A stretch of DNA of 64,000 bases, taken from contig CAZLCI010000002.1 of assembly GCA_964558115.1 (NCBI GenBank), forward strand, positions 507-64,506. The letters are read 5' to 3'. Source of the stretch: an uncultured Nitrospinaceae bacterium. GTDB taxonomy: Bacteria; UBA8248. Below are positions 29,252 through 38,790 of the stretch, one piece after another. Position numbers and translations under genes: made by a program. Every line of letters starts with the position of its first letter. Position 1 is the first letter of the stretch. The notes below the pieces were generated by a model that ran no database searches, was not told where the DNA came from, and worked only from the letters and a program-made list of their open reading frames with translations.

Positions 29252-30898
29252 ATGAACGCTAATTTCATTCCAAACGATCCGGAAAGAGTCCGAAATATTT
29301 ATCCATCAGTAACTCCTCAATGGCCTTTTAATCAACCTCCAAAGACCAGAGAAAGTTCTCAACCCATATACAATATTCAATCTGATACAAACTTAAAAAT
29401 TATGATGAGAGATGGCATAAGAATAGCAGCAGATGTTTTCAGACCTAGTTCAAGTGGCCAAAAGTTTCCCGCACTATTAGCAATTTCACCATATACTAAA
29501 GGGCTTCAATCTACGAATGTTCCAATTGCGCAAAACGAAGCAGGGATAACTGAGTTTTGGGTTCCGAGGGGATATGCACATATAATTGTGGACTCAAGAG
29601 GAACAAATGACTCAGAGGGAAAATTTAATAACAGAGGTGAAATAGAACAACAGGACTTTGTAGAATTAATATATTGGGCAGCAAATCAATCTTGGTGTGA
29701 TGGAACGGTTGGTATGGTCGGGTGCTCTTATTTTTCTTTAGTTCAACTTTTATCTGCGAAACATCAACCTGAACCTCTAAAAGCAATCTTTCCTTATGAT
29801 GCATGGACAGATAGATACAGACATCTTTTTTATCCTGGAGGCATCCCTCAAACGGGATATATGTGGATGTGGTTTTCTGCTATGTCAAATCTACACTTTA
29901 ACAGTGGCAGATCAAATGATTTATCCGGTTTGACAGAAATGATGGAAGAAGGAATGGGGTTTGAAAATCCATTTGATGGGGAATTTCATTGGAAATCTTC
30001 ACCTCAACCTTTTCTAGACCAAATAAAAATTCCAACATATTTAGGTTCTGACTGGTCATTTTACTGGGATCATCTACCTGGAGTCTTTGCCGGTTGGGAA
30101 AAAATTCAGGGACCACCTAAAAGAATGCTAGTAGGTCCTAAACCCTCACCTTGGAGACCTTTCGCTGCATATCACCAAGAAACTTTGCGATGGTACGATC
30201 AATGGCTTAAAGGTATGGATACCGGCGTTATGGACGGTCCACCTATTCAGATTTTTATCCAAGGAACAAACGAATGGAGAGGAGAGAATGAGTGGCCTCT
30301 TTCCAAGGCAGAATGGAAAAAATTGTATCTTGGTGGTCCTGATTCTGGATTAGAGGGAACCTTAACTGATTCAGAAGAAAATCAATCAGAAAGATCATAC
30401 ACCAATGACCCTTTGTCATCTGAGTGGCGTTACGGACATCCAAGACTTGTTTATAGAACTGAAGCATTATCTGAACCTATTGAAATTACAGGTCCGTTAT
30501 CACTTCATTTAGTAGCTCATTCAAGTGCAGAGGATGTTGATTGGATTGTTTATCTACTAGACGAATCTCCAGATGGGACAACTCATTTACTAACTAGAGG
30601 TTGTCTACGTGCCTCACATAGAGAAGTAGATATCTCTAAATCAAAACCGGGAAGACCTTGGCATCCCCACGATAAAAAAATACTTCTCACACCCAATCAA
30701 ATAGAAGTTTTTGAGATTGAGATAGTTCCAACTTCTAATGTTTTTCTTAAAGACCACCGAATTCGACTAGAAATTTGTAGTTGTACTTCAGCTGTTAAAC
30801 GTGTCGCATATTTAGACACCTTAGCCGTAAAAGCAAAAAATACTGTTATGGAAGGCCAAAATGGTTCATACTTACTTTATTCTTCGATTCCTTCTTGA
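29252..30898 (+). CDS. CocE/NonD-family alpha/beta hydrolase (X-Pro dipeptidyl-peptidase S15 family)
   Basis: 548 aa; the family's N-terminal region (…IPMRDGIRIAADVFRP…FPALL..SPY…) and the GCSYFS nucleophile elbow (GxSYxG). Paralogous to the gene at 52661-54286. Confidence 0.7.
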   Translation: MNANFIPNDPERVRNIYPSVTPQWPFNQPPKTRESSQPIYNIQSDTNLKIMMRDGIRIAADVFRPSSSGQKFPALLAISPYTKGLQSTNVPIAQNEAGITEFWVPRGYAHIIVDSRGTNDSEGKFNNRGEIEQQDFVELIYWAANQSWCDGTVGMVGCSYFSLVQLLSAKHQPEPLKAIFPYDAWTDRYRHLFYPGGIPQTGYMWMWFSAMSNLHFNSGRSNDLSGLTEMMEEGMGFENPFDGEFHWKSSPQPFLDQIKIPTYLGSDWSFYWDHLPGVFAGWEKIQGPPKRMLVGPKPSPWRPFAAYHQETLRWYDQWLKGMDTGVMDGPPIQIFIQGTNEWRGENEWPLSKAEWKKLYLGGPDSGLEGTLTDSEENQSERSYTNDPLSSEWRYGHPRLVYRTEALSEPIEITGPLSLHLVAHSSAEDVDWIVYLLDESPDGTTHLLTRGCLRASHREVDISKSKPGRPWHPHDKKILLTPNQIEVFEIEIVPTSNVFLKDHRIRLEICSCTSAVKRVAYLDTLAVKAKNTVMEGQNGSYLLYSSIPS

Positions 30899-30907
30899 GG
30901 CTTAAAA

Positions 30908-32230
30908 ATGGAAGAAATTAAAAAAATAGCTTTAGAATTTATTGAAAGTCAAAGAGGCGAGGCAAAACAAATTTCTCGTGAAATATGGAATTTTTCAGAA
31001 ATCGCTTTGGAGGAATTCAAAAGTTCCGAATTACTTGTTGAGGTACTTCAACAATACGGATTTGACGTACAATACGGAGTTGGAGATCTACCAACTGCTT
31101 TTATTGCAACATGGGGCGATTCTGGCCCAACTATTGGTATTTTAGGAGAATATGATGCTCTACCTCATTGCGGAAACCAACATGACAAAAATGGACACGG
31201 GTGTGGACACAATTTGTTTGGAACTGCATGTGTTTACGCTGCAATATCTATATCTAAAGCACTAGAAAGAACTAAAACGCCGGGGAAAGTTGTTTGCTTT
31301 GGATGCCCGGCAGAAGAAACACTAGAAGGAAAAGTCTATATGGCTCGTGATGGTGCATTTGAAGGATTAGACGCAGTACTAACATGGCATCCCCACTGGG
31401 CAAACTATGCTAGAGGTGGAAGTTCAAATGCAATGGACTCAATGGTTTTCGAATTTCATGGGAAAAGTTCGCATGCTGCAAGAGACCCATGGAATGGCAG
31501 AAGTGCATTAGATGGCATAGAAATCATGAACTACGGTGTCAATATGATGCGTGAACACATTATTGAAGAAGCAAGAATTCACTACGTAATAAGGGATGGT
31601 GGAGTCCAGCCAAATGTAGTTCCTTCGTATTCACGGGTTTGGTATTACGTAAGAGCACCAAAACGCTCAATAGTAAATGAACTAAGTAAAAGAGTACGTC
31701 AATGTGCTCAAGCTGGTGCTATCGCTTCCGAAACAGAATTTAAGGAAACTCTTTTGACGGGAGTGTATGAAACTTTACCTAATTTAGCTCTTGCTAACTG
31801 CATACAAAGAAATCTTGAATTAGTAGGAGAACATAAATACAACAATGAAGAAAAAGATTTTGCGAAAAAATTGGGTTTCGAAGATCCCCTTTTTGAAGAA
31901 ATTCTTCCTTTAAATTTAGAACATACTCGTCCTAGTAATGAACGTGGCAATGTGAGTTGGATTACACCTCTTGGAAGTTTCTACACTGCATGTCACGCTC
32001 CGGGAACACCAGGTCATCATTGGCTAGCCACACAGCAATATGGAATGGAAATAGGAGAAAAAGGAATGGAAACCGCTGCAAAAACAATCGCCACATCTGC
32101 TTTGGAACTTATTTGTAATTCTGATGTCCTTAGTGAAGTTCAAAAAGAATTTAAAGAAAAAACAAAAAAATTTGTATATGACCCATTAGTACCAAAAGGA
32201 CAAAAACCCAATCCTCTCGGTATCAGATAG
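30908..32230 (+). CDS. M20-family amidohydrolase (AbgB/hippurate-hydrolase-like)
   Basis: 440 aa; metal-binding His/Asp/Glu pattern of the M20D amidohydrolase subgroup (…HGCGHNLFG…, …CPAEE…); its RBS GAGG overlaps the upstream stop. Confidence 0.65.
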   Translation: MEEIKKIALEFIESQRGEAKQISREIWNFSEIALEEFKSSELLVEVLQQYGFDVQYGVGDLPTAFIATWGDSGPTIGILGEYDALPHCGNQHDKNGHGCGHNLFGTACVYAAISISKALERTKTPGKVVCFGCPAEETLEGKVYMARDGAFEGLDAVLTWHPHWANYARGGSSNAMDSMVFEFHGKSSHAARDPWNGRSALDGIEIMNYGVNMMREHIIEEARIHYVIRDGGVQPNVVPSYSRVWYYVRAPKRSIVNELSKRVRQCAQAGAIASETEFKETLLTGVYETLPNLALANCIQRNLELVGEHKYNNEEKDFAKKLGFEDPLFEEILPLNLEHTRPSNERGNVSWITPLGSFYTACHAPGTPGHHWLATQQYGMEIGEKGMETAAKTIATSALELICNSDVLSEVQKEFKEKTKKFVYDPLVPKGQKPNPLGIR

Positions 32231-32247
32231 ACATTTCAAATAAAATA

Positions 32248-32718
32248 TTAATGGCATCCGCCTGTGATCCCACGTTTAAGAAAATAACTTTGATGATATT
32301 CTTCTGCAGGCCAAAAAGTAGTAGCTTTAGTTATCTCTGTTACAATTGGGTCAGAAAACTTTCCTGATCTATCGTATTTTTCGCGAGAAATTTTCGCTAA
32401 TTTTTCTTGATCATCCTCAGAAAAAAAGATAGCTGAGCGATATTGTTCTCCTATGTCAGGTCCTTGCCTATTTAACGTTGTAGGATCATGTAAGTTCCAA
32501 AAACAATCTAGTAACTCTTCATAAGTAATTATAGCAGGATCAAATTCAACTCTAACAGCCTCTGCATGACCTGTACTTGAATAACATACTTCTTCGTATG
32601 TCGGATTTTCTTTACTCCCACCAATATATCCTACAGAGGTCTTTAAAACTCCATTTAAATTTTGAAAGGTAGACTCTACTCCCCAAAAACAACCAGCAGC
32701 AAAAATAGCAACAGACAA
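32248..32718 (-). CDS. msrA: peptide methionine-S-sulfoxide reductase MsrA (Cys form)
   Basis: 156 aa; the N-terminal catalytic motif AGCFWGVE with Cys (not Sec) and the conserved E..HQ.Y context. Confidence 0.9.
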   Translation of the reverse strand: MSVAIFAAGCFWGVESTFQNLNGVLKTSVGYIGGSKENPTYEEVCYSSTGHAEAVRVEFDPAIITYEELLDCFWNLHDPTTLNRQGPDIGEQYRSAIFFSEDDQEKLAKISREKYDRSGKFSDPIVTEITKATTFWPAEEYHQSYFLKRGITGGCH

Positions 32719-32753
32719 TTTCAGAACCTCCGATTAAATTATTTTTTGAAGAA

Positions 32754-33845
32754 TTAAAGGTTAACGGTTATCTTTCTTTCTTTGCCTTCAACTACTTCTC
32801 CTATTATAGACGAATAAGTAGAACCAGTAGAAATCAATTTTTGTAACATCTCATTAGAGCTTGAAGGTTCTACGGCAATTATTAAACCTCCAGAAGTTTG
32901 AGCATCATTCAAAACCGCAATCATATTTTGATCTAATTTATCTGAATAAGAGACAAAAGAACGAGTCCACTCTCTATTTCTTTCACCACCTCCAGCTGTA
33001 CCTTGAATCGCATGAGATAAAATTCCTTCAAAAAAAGGTATGTCAGAAAATGAAATCTCAGCATCTAATCCACTTGCATCAAGTATATTGTGAAGATGTC
33101 CTAAAAGGCCAAAACCAGTTACGTCAGTACAAGCATTGACTGGAAATTTCAGCATAACTTCGCTAGCGAGTTTATTAAGGGTTTTCATTGAATCAACAGA
33201 TTCTTCAAAAACACCCTCCTTTAATTTGTTGTTTTTAGATTTAAGCACTCTTGAAATCTTTTTTATGGGACTAGTACTTTTATTGAGATTCGTAATTATT
33301 CCCGTTCCTATTTTCTTAGTCAAAATTAATTTGTCTCCAGGTTTTGCACCGCTATTTAATATCATATCTTTAGGATCTATAACTCCAGTTACAGCAATCC
33401 CGTATTTTGGTTCCTGATCGTCTACACTATGACCACCTAAAATAACAGATCCAGATTCGCGAACTTTCTCCGCTCCACCCGAAAGGATTAAACTTAATAT
33501 ATCCATTCCCAAATTACACGGAAAAGAAACCAAACTCAGAGCAGTAACTGGTCTAGCTCCTATCGTATAACAGTCACTAAGTGCATTTGCAGCAGCTATC
33601 TGGCCAAAATCAAAGGGGTCATCAACAATTGGAGTGAAAAAATCTACAGTCTGAACAATTGCCAAGTCATCTCTTAGTTTATATACACCAGTGTCATCGC
33701 AAGGATTAGTCCCATAAATTAAATTTGGATCTACAAATGGTTCAAATCCTGACAGGGCTTTTCTGAGGTCCTCCGGACCAATTTTTGAGCCTCAACCACC
33801 CGCTTTGACCATACTCGTCAAAAAAACTTTTTTTTCATTCTTCAT
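32754..33845 (-). CDS. selD: selenide, water dikinase (selenophosphate synthetase) SelD; selenocysteine form, in-frame UGA at codon 18
   Basis: The ORF-track ORF 32754-33665 begins mid-domain (AIVQTVDFFTPIVDDPFDFGQIAAANA…). Reading upstream in the same frame gives ATG(33845) MKNEKKVFLTSMVKAGG-TGA(33794-33792)-GSKIGPEDLRKALSGFEPFVDPNLIYGTNPCDDTGVYKL…, which aligns with E. coli SelD LTQYSHGAGCGCKISPKVL…[21 protein letters not shown] and places the UGA at the catalytic Cys17 position. A hairpin follows the UGA. Confidence 0.8.
33767..33791 (-). promoter_or_regulatory. putative bacterial SECIS hairpin downstream of the selD UGA
   Basis: The mRNA after UGA reads GGCUCAAAAAUU-GGUCC-GGA-GGACC. A 5-bp G/C stem with a G-rich apical loop starts 13 nt after the UGA; outer GGC…GCC pairing is also possible. 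Confidence 0.45.
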
Positions 33846-34030
33846 TAAAATTAATCCCAAAAAACATATACATAAATATATTTTTATTATCGTAGAAAGA
33901 AAGAGATTAGAAAACCACAAAAATTAAATACCATTCTATTTGCAAAAAAAAATCAAAAGAAATGTTTTTTTTTATTTAATCTTAGTAAAATCAATTTTCG
34001 AAGTTCTTATATAAAAAAGGTAAATAAGAA

Positions 34031-34999
34031 ATGAAAATCATCATATCTGACGATTATCAAAGAGCAATCGAATCTTTAGAATGTTTTCATAAAATTGCAC
34101 ATCACGATGTAGTCATTCATGACAATACTGTTTTTGAAACTGAAGATTTAGCCAAGAGATTTTATGAAGCAGAAGGAATTGTTCTCATAAGGCAACGTAC
34201 AAAGATTAATGAAGACCTAATATCAAAACTCCCAAACCTAAAAATCATAAGTGCAACTGGAGCGAATTATTCTGGTCACATAGATATAGAAGCCTGTTCA
34301 AAATATAAAGTTGCAGTTGCTGCAGGAGGAAGCGGAACACGTTCAACTTGCGAACTAGCCTGGGGGCTAATAATTTCAAGTATGCGCTCTATTCCAAAAG
34401 AAGTTTCAAGCTTAGAAAATGGAGGATGGCAAAGTACACTGGGTGAAGATTTAAATGGAAAAACAATCGGAATATATGCTTATGGAAAAATAGGAAAACA
34501 AATGGCACAAATTGCAAATGCATTTAATATGAACGTTCTGATTTGGGGAAGAGAATCATCAATGGAAAAAGCAACAGAAGATGGATTCAACTTTGCAAAA
34601 AATAGAGAATCTTTTTTCTCTGCCTCAGATATTATAAGTATTCACTTGCCTTTAAAAAAAGAAACCGAAGGAATTATAACTTCACAGGATCTAGCTCTAA
34701 TGAAGAAGAACTCCGTTTTCGTAAATACAAGTCGTGCAAAAGTCATAAAATCAGGAGATTTAGAAAAAGCACTCCTTGAAGGTAGGCCTGGGTTTGCTTG
34801 TGTCGATGTTTACGAAGAAGAGCCAATCTACAATTCAGAAAATTCCTTGATCCAAATGAAAAATACATTATGTACCCCTCACTTAGGATATGTTACTAGA
34901 GGAACATATGAAAAATATTTTGCACTTGCTTTCGACCAAATAAACTCTTTTTGTGAAGGAAAACCGATTAATCTGGTAAACTCGGAAATTTTAAAATAG
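34031..34999 (+). CDS. D-isomer-specific 2-hydroxyacid dehydrogenase (NAD-binding)
   Basis: 322 aa; a Rossmann GxGxxG (GIYAYGKIGKQ), catalytic Arg/Glu/His context (…TSRA…, …HLGY…). Confidence 0.8.
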   Translation: MKIIISDDYQRAIESLECFHKIAHHDVVIHDNTVFETEDLAKRFYEAEGIVLIRQRTKINEDLISKLPNLKIISATGANYSGHIDIEACSKYKVAVAAGGSGTRSTCELAWGLIISSMRSIPKEVSSLENGGWQSTLGEDLNGKTIGIYAYGKIGKQMAQIANAFNMNVLIWGRESSMEKATEDGFNFAKNRESFFSASDIISIHLPLKKETEGIITSQDLALMKKNSVFVNTSRAKVIKSGDLEKALLEGRPGFACVDVYEEEPIYNSENSLIQMKNTLCTPHLGYVTRGTYEKYFALAFDQINSFCEGKPINLVNSEILK

Positions 35000-35043
35000 A
35001 ATTAATATGAAAATATTTTCAATTTAACAGATAGGGGATCACC

Positions 35044-36186
35044 GTGGATTTTGAATTTGATGATAAACAAAAATTAATGCAAAGAACTTTAGATGATTTG
35101 CTCAAAAGAGTTTGCCCCCAAGAATATTCTATGGAATGTGACGAAAAAGGTGAAGCTCCAATCGAAGCCTATAAAGAAATGGCTAAAGATGGATGGATTG
35201 GTGTTTCGACCCCTGAAGAATTTGGAGGTATGGGAGGAAATGAAATTGATATGTCTATAGTTTTAGAAACCGCGGGACATCATTATCTAGATTTGGGGAC
35301 TATGATTTTTCGTAATATTTGCTATGGATGCGATGCAATCTTAGCAAGTGGAACTGCAGAACAAAAGAAAAAATTTGTAACTTCAACCGTCAAGGGAGAG
35401 ACTTACTTTGCATTCAGTTTAACTGAACCCGATGCAGGCTCTGATGCTGCTTCTATTATAACCCGAGCAGATAGAGAACAGGACGTTTTCAAAATTACTG
35501 GAACTAAAAATTATACTTCTGGTATGCCTATAGCTACGGATGTTCTAGTTGCTGTTCGAACAGACAAAAACGCTAAAAAACATGAAGGAATTACCAATTT
35601 CATCATACCTGCTGATAGAGAGGGAATTGAATGGAAGAAACTCCGTTTGATGGGACATAGAGCAATGGGAACTTGTGAAGTTCATTACAATGGTGTCGAA
35701 GCTTCTGAAAAAGAAATCTTAGGAGACCTAGATGATGGATGGAATGGTCTAATGAAATATATTACAACAGAGAGACTTTGCCTTTCAGCAGCTAGAACAG
35801 GTGCTGCAGCAAACGCTCTGAAAATGGCGATAAAACACGCACAAGAACGACACCAGTTTGGAAGACCTATTGGAAAATTTCAAGCTGTAAGTCATATGAT
35901 TACTGAAATGCATACATTAGTAGATACTGCTCGATTACAAGTTTATAGATTTGCATGGCTTGCCTCCAAAGGTCATGCCGGAAGATTAGAAGCTGCAACT
36001 TTAAAACTATACGCTGCTGAAGCCTATAAAAGAGTTGCAGATTTAGGTGTACAAGTACTAGGAGGTTATGGATATAGTGCTGAATTTCCAATGGAAAGGC
36101 ATTATAGGGATGCGCGTCTTGCGACTATTGGCGCAGGGTCGAGTGAAATCCAAAGAAATATTATTGCAAAGGAATTAGGACTGTAG
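35044..36186 (+). CDS. acyl-CoA dehydrogenase
   Basis: 380 aa; GTG start 4 codons after an in-frame TAG with the RBS AGGGGAT; acyl-CoA dehydrogenase motifs (…FSLTEPDAGSDAAS…, C-terminal …YGYSAEFPMERHYRDARL.TI.AGSSEIQR…). Confidence 0.85.
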   Translation: MDFEFDDKQKLMQRTLDDLLKRVCPQEYSMECDEKGEAPIEAYKEMAKDGWIGVSTPEEFGGMGGNEIDMSIVLETAGHHYLDLGTMIFRNICYGCDAILASGTAEQKKKFVTSTVKGETYFAFSLTEPDAGSDAASIITRADREQDVFKITGTKNYTSGMPIATDVLVAVRTDKNAKKHEGITNFIIPADREGIEWKKLRLMGHRAMGTCEVHYNGVEASEKEILGDLDDGWNGLMKYITTERLCLSAARTGAAANALKMAIKHAQERHQFGRPIGKFQAVSHMITEMHTLVDTARLQVYRFAWLASKGHAGRLEAATLKLYAAEAYKRVADLGVQVLGGYGYSAEFPMERHYRDARLATIGAGSSEIQRNIIAKELGL

Positions 36187-36224
36187 TTACTATTTATAAT
36201 AAATTAAAATTTCAGGAGTAATAA

Positions 36225-36692
36225 ATGGCTTTAGATTTAAAAGTATTAGAAATGGATTTCCCTGAATTTGAAATTTTGGTGGAAAGAGGAAAAATAAGGG
36301 AATACGTCTCTGTTTTAGGACTGGAAGACCCCGTTCATTTTGATGTACAAGCTGCAAAAAATGCAGGGTATAATGATTTATTAGCACCAGCAACTTTTAC
36401 GAGACAATTCTGGCATGAAAACAACGAAAACGACCCTATGCAACATTTAGGTTATGACCCAAAAAGAAGACTCCATGGGGAACAAGAATTTGAATATTTT
36501 AAACCTCTAACAGCTGGGATGAAAATTAAAGGAAAGAACGTGATTATCTCCCACAAAGAAAAAGAAGGAAAACGGGGTGGAAAAATGACATTTGTCGTCA
36601 TTGAGACTAAATTTCTAGACGAAAATGGGGAACTGGTCCAAATAGCAAGAAGAACTTTAATTGAAACTGCGGCTCCACCTAAAAATGATTAA
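36225..36692 (+). CDS. hotdog-fold protein, N-terminal-half homologue of MaoC-like (R)-enoyl-CoA hydratase (non-catalytic partner subunit)
   Basis: 155 aa; about 60% identical to the ORF at 38787-39236; pairs with the adjacent MaoC dehydratase gene as in heteromeric or split mesaconyl-CoA-hydratase-type enzymes. Confidence 0.6.
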   Translation: MALDLKVLEMDFPEFEILVERGKIREYVSVLGLEDPVHFDVQAAKNAGYNDLLAPATFTRQFWHENNENDPMQHLGYDPKRRLHGEQEFEYFKPLTAGMKIKGKNVIISHKEKEGKRGGKMTFVVIETKFLDENGELVQIARRTLIETAAPPKND

Positions 36693-36706
36693 AGGAATAT
36701 ATTAAA

Positions 36707-37132
36707 ATGACATTTGTTAGAGAAGAAATCCTCTGGGAAAAAATAAATGAAGGTGATGAAAAAGAACTCTCTGTTGGCCCAATTACTAGAACAGATTTAG
36801 TAAAATATGCTGGTGCTAGTGGAGACTTTAATCCTAACCATCATGACGAAATCTATTCTATACGCTCTGGTTTCGACAAACCATTCGCACATGGAATGTT
36901 ACAAGGTGGCATCCTAAGCCGTCTAATTACAGATTGGTTTGGAGTAGGGACATTACGCTATTTCAGGCTTCGTTTTAGTGCACAAACCTGGCCAGGAGAC
37001 ACTATAAACTGTAAAGCCAAGGTAATTAAAAAGATAGAAGACGAAAATTCTATAGAAATAGAAGCAGAAGCAACAAATGCAAACCATGTTCTCTTAATTA
37101 AAGCTATAGCAAAGGTAGAAATTAAAAAATGA
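36707..37132 (+). CDS. MaoC-like (R)-specific enoyl-CoA hydratase/dehydratase
   Basis: 141 aa; the catalytic hotdog motif GASGDFNPNHHDE…; paralogue of 38347-38790. Confidence 0.75.
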   Translation: MTFVREEILWEKINEGDEKELSVGPITRTDLVKYAGASGDFNPNHHDEIYSIRSGFDKPFAHGMLQGGILSRLITDWFGVGTLRYFRLRFSAQTWPGDTINCKAKVIKKIEDENSIEIEAEATNANHVLLIKAIAKVEIKK

Positions 37133-38337
37133 AATTTTTAGAAGACTACAGAATAATAGATTTAGGCCAAGTAATTGCAGGAACAATCGGTGGACTTATT
37201 CTTGCTGATTTTGGTGCAGACGTCATAAAGGTCGAATCACCTAGTGGGGATATAGGCAGGAACCCTAATATAGCAGGTGTAGGAGACGTTTCGGGAATCT
37301 TTCTCACTTTCAACAGAGGTAAAAAGGGTCTAGTTATAGACCTTAAAAGTGAAGAAGGAAAAAAAGTTTTTCTTGATTTAGTGACTGTATCTGATGCAGT
37401 TATCGCTAATTTTAGACCTGGAACACTTGATCGTCTCGGAATAGGTTTTGAAGAGATGAAAAAATATAATTCTGACATAATTTTTGTGGACTCAAGTGGT
37501 TATGGTGAAGAAGGTCCTTGGAGAGATAAGCCCGCCTTTGATGTTGTTGAGCAAGCTATGAGTGGTCATATGGCTATTACAGGAGAACCTGGTGGACCAC
37601 CGTTAAGAAATGGGTCTCCAACCGCAGATATCTCTACTGCTTTGTACACCGCTATTGCCTGTATGGCTGGATTACTAGGCAAACAAAAAGGGAAAGGTGC
37701 TAAACATTTTGAAGTGCCGATGTTTGATGTTCAATTATCTATGCTTGGGTACATTTCAACCATGTATCTAAACAATGGAGATATTCCTCAACCCCCTGGA
37801 AGTGCACATGAATATATGGTCCCTTACCAAGCATTTCCAACCGCAACAATATATATTGTCTTATCTCCTAGAGAAGAGCGTTTTTATAAAAAAATGTGTG
37901 AAGTGATGGAGATACCCGAATACGCAACAGACCCAAGATTTGTAACAAACGATTTACGTGTCAAAAATAAAGATGAATTACTCCCAAAACTTGAAGAGAT
38001 CCTGCTTCAAAAACCTGGAGAAGAATGGTGCAAATTATTCGAAGATGCTGGAGTGCCCGCAGCTCCTGTGAATACTCTTGATAGAGCATTAGACAATGAA
38101 CAGGTTGAAAAAAGAAGTTTAATTAAAAGTTTCAAATATCCTGGTTCAGGAGATGTAAGAGTAGTTGGTAATCCTATTATGGATATAGGTAGTGAAAAAA
38201 ATTCTACATGTGACCCAGCGCCTATGCATGGAGAACACACAATACAAATTTTAAGAGAAACTCTCGGATATGAAAAAGAAATCATTGATTCTCTTTTAGA
38301 TAAAAATGTTGTTCAAACCGAAAAAAAAATTAAATAA
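37129..38337 (+). CDS. family III CoA-transferase (CaiB/BaiF/formyl-CoA-transferase family)
   Basis: 402 aa; N-terminal IIDLGQVIAGTIGGLILADFGADVIKVE and the catalytic Asp context (…IFVDSSGYG…); overlaps the upstream gene by 4 nt. Confidence 0.85.
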   Translation: MKFLEDYRIIDLGQVIAGTIGGLILADFGADVIKVESPSGDIGRNPNIAGVGDVSGIFLTFNRGKKGLVIDLKSEEGKKVFLDLVTVSDAVIANFRPGTLDRLGIGFEEMKKYNSDIIFVDSSGYGEEGPWRDKPAFDVVEQAMSGHMAITGEPGGPPLRNGSPTADISTALYTAIACMAGLLGKQKGKGAKHFEVPMFDVQLSMLGYISTMYLNNGDIPQPPGSAHEYMVPYQAFPTATIYIVLSPREERFYKKMCEVMEIPEYATDPRFVTNDLRVKNKDELLPKLEEILLQKPGEEWCKLFEDAGVPAAPVNTLDRALDNEQVEKRSLIKSFKYPGSGDVRVVGNPIMDIGSEKNSTCDPAPMHGEHTIQILRETLGYEKEIIDSLLDKNVVQTEKKIK

Positions 38338-38346
38338 CAGAAGATT

Positions 38347-38790
38347 TTAATCTTCAGGTACTGCAGTTAATTTTCCATCAACGAGTTTTATTTCATTTTG
38401 ATTAATTACTTCTGCTTCTATCTCAATAAATTTTTCATTCGATACTTCATATTGCCTTACGACTGTACCTCTGCAAGTAAGAATATCTCCGGGCCATGCT
38501 TGAGATACAAAACGGATCTGAAATTTTCGAAAGGAAGTGGGGCCAAGATTTTCATTTAGCATTCTTGAGAGATAACCGAGCGAAAGAGGTCCCATAGCAA
38601 AGACTTTCTCAAAACCACTTCTAATAGCAAAAATCTCATCATGATGATTAGGATTAAAATCACCTGAGGCCCCAGCGAAACGAACAATATCCGTACGAGT
38701 TATAGGACCGACTTCCAGTTCAAGTTCAGTTCCAGGTGTAAGCTCTGTAAATTTTTTATACATTTGGGACATAGTGACCTCCTTTATCAA
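38347..38790 (-). CDS. MaoC-like (R)-specific enoyl-CoA hydratase/dehydratase (paralogue)
   Basis: 147 aa; the same GASGDFNPNHHDE motif; overlaps its partner gene by 4 nt (ATGA). Confidence 0.75.
   Translation of the reverse strand: MIKEVTMSQMYKKFTELTPGTELELEVGPITRTDIVRFAGASGDFNPNHHDEIFAIRSGFEKVFAMGPLSLGYLSRMLNENLGPTSFRKFQIRFVSQAWPGDILTCRGTVVRQYEVSNEKFIEIEAEVINQNEIKLVDGKLTAVPED

Noticed and set aside
30896-30910. TGA stop of the CocE/NonD gene is in-frame with the downstream M20 amidohydrolase ATG (…TCT TGA GGC TTA AAA ATG…), which superficially resembles a Sec read-through fusion
   Set aside because: The TGA GG sequence doubles as the Shine-Dalgarno (GAGG) for the downstream gene. The two proteins belong to unrelated families with no known fused or Sec-containing forms. 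No Cys-homologue position and no hairpin follow. An in-frame stop is expected by chance one time in three.
38335-38350. Short inverted repeat AAGATTttAATCTT between the convergent CoA-transferase and MaoC genes, a possible bidirectional terminator
   Set aside because: The stem is only 5-6 bp, entirely A/T, with a 2-4 nt loop and no flanking U-tract. It is too weak to call a rho-independent terminator.
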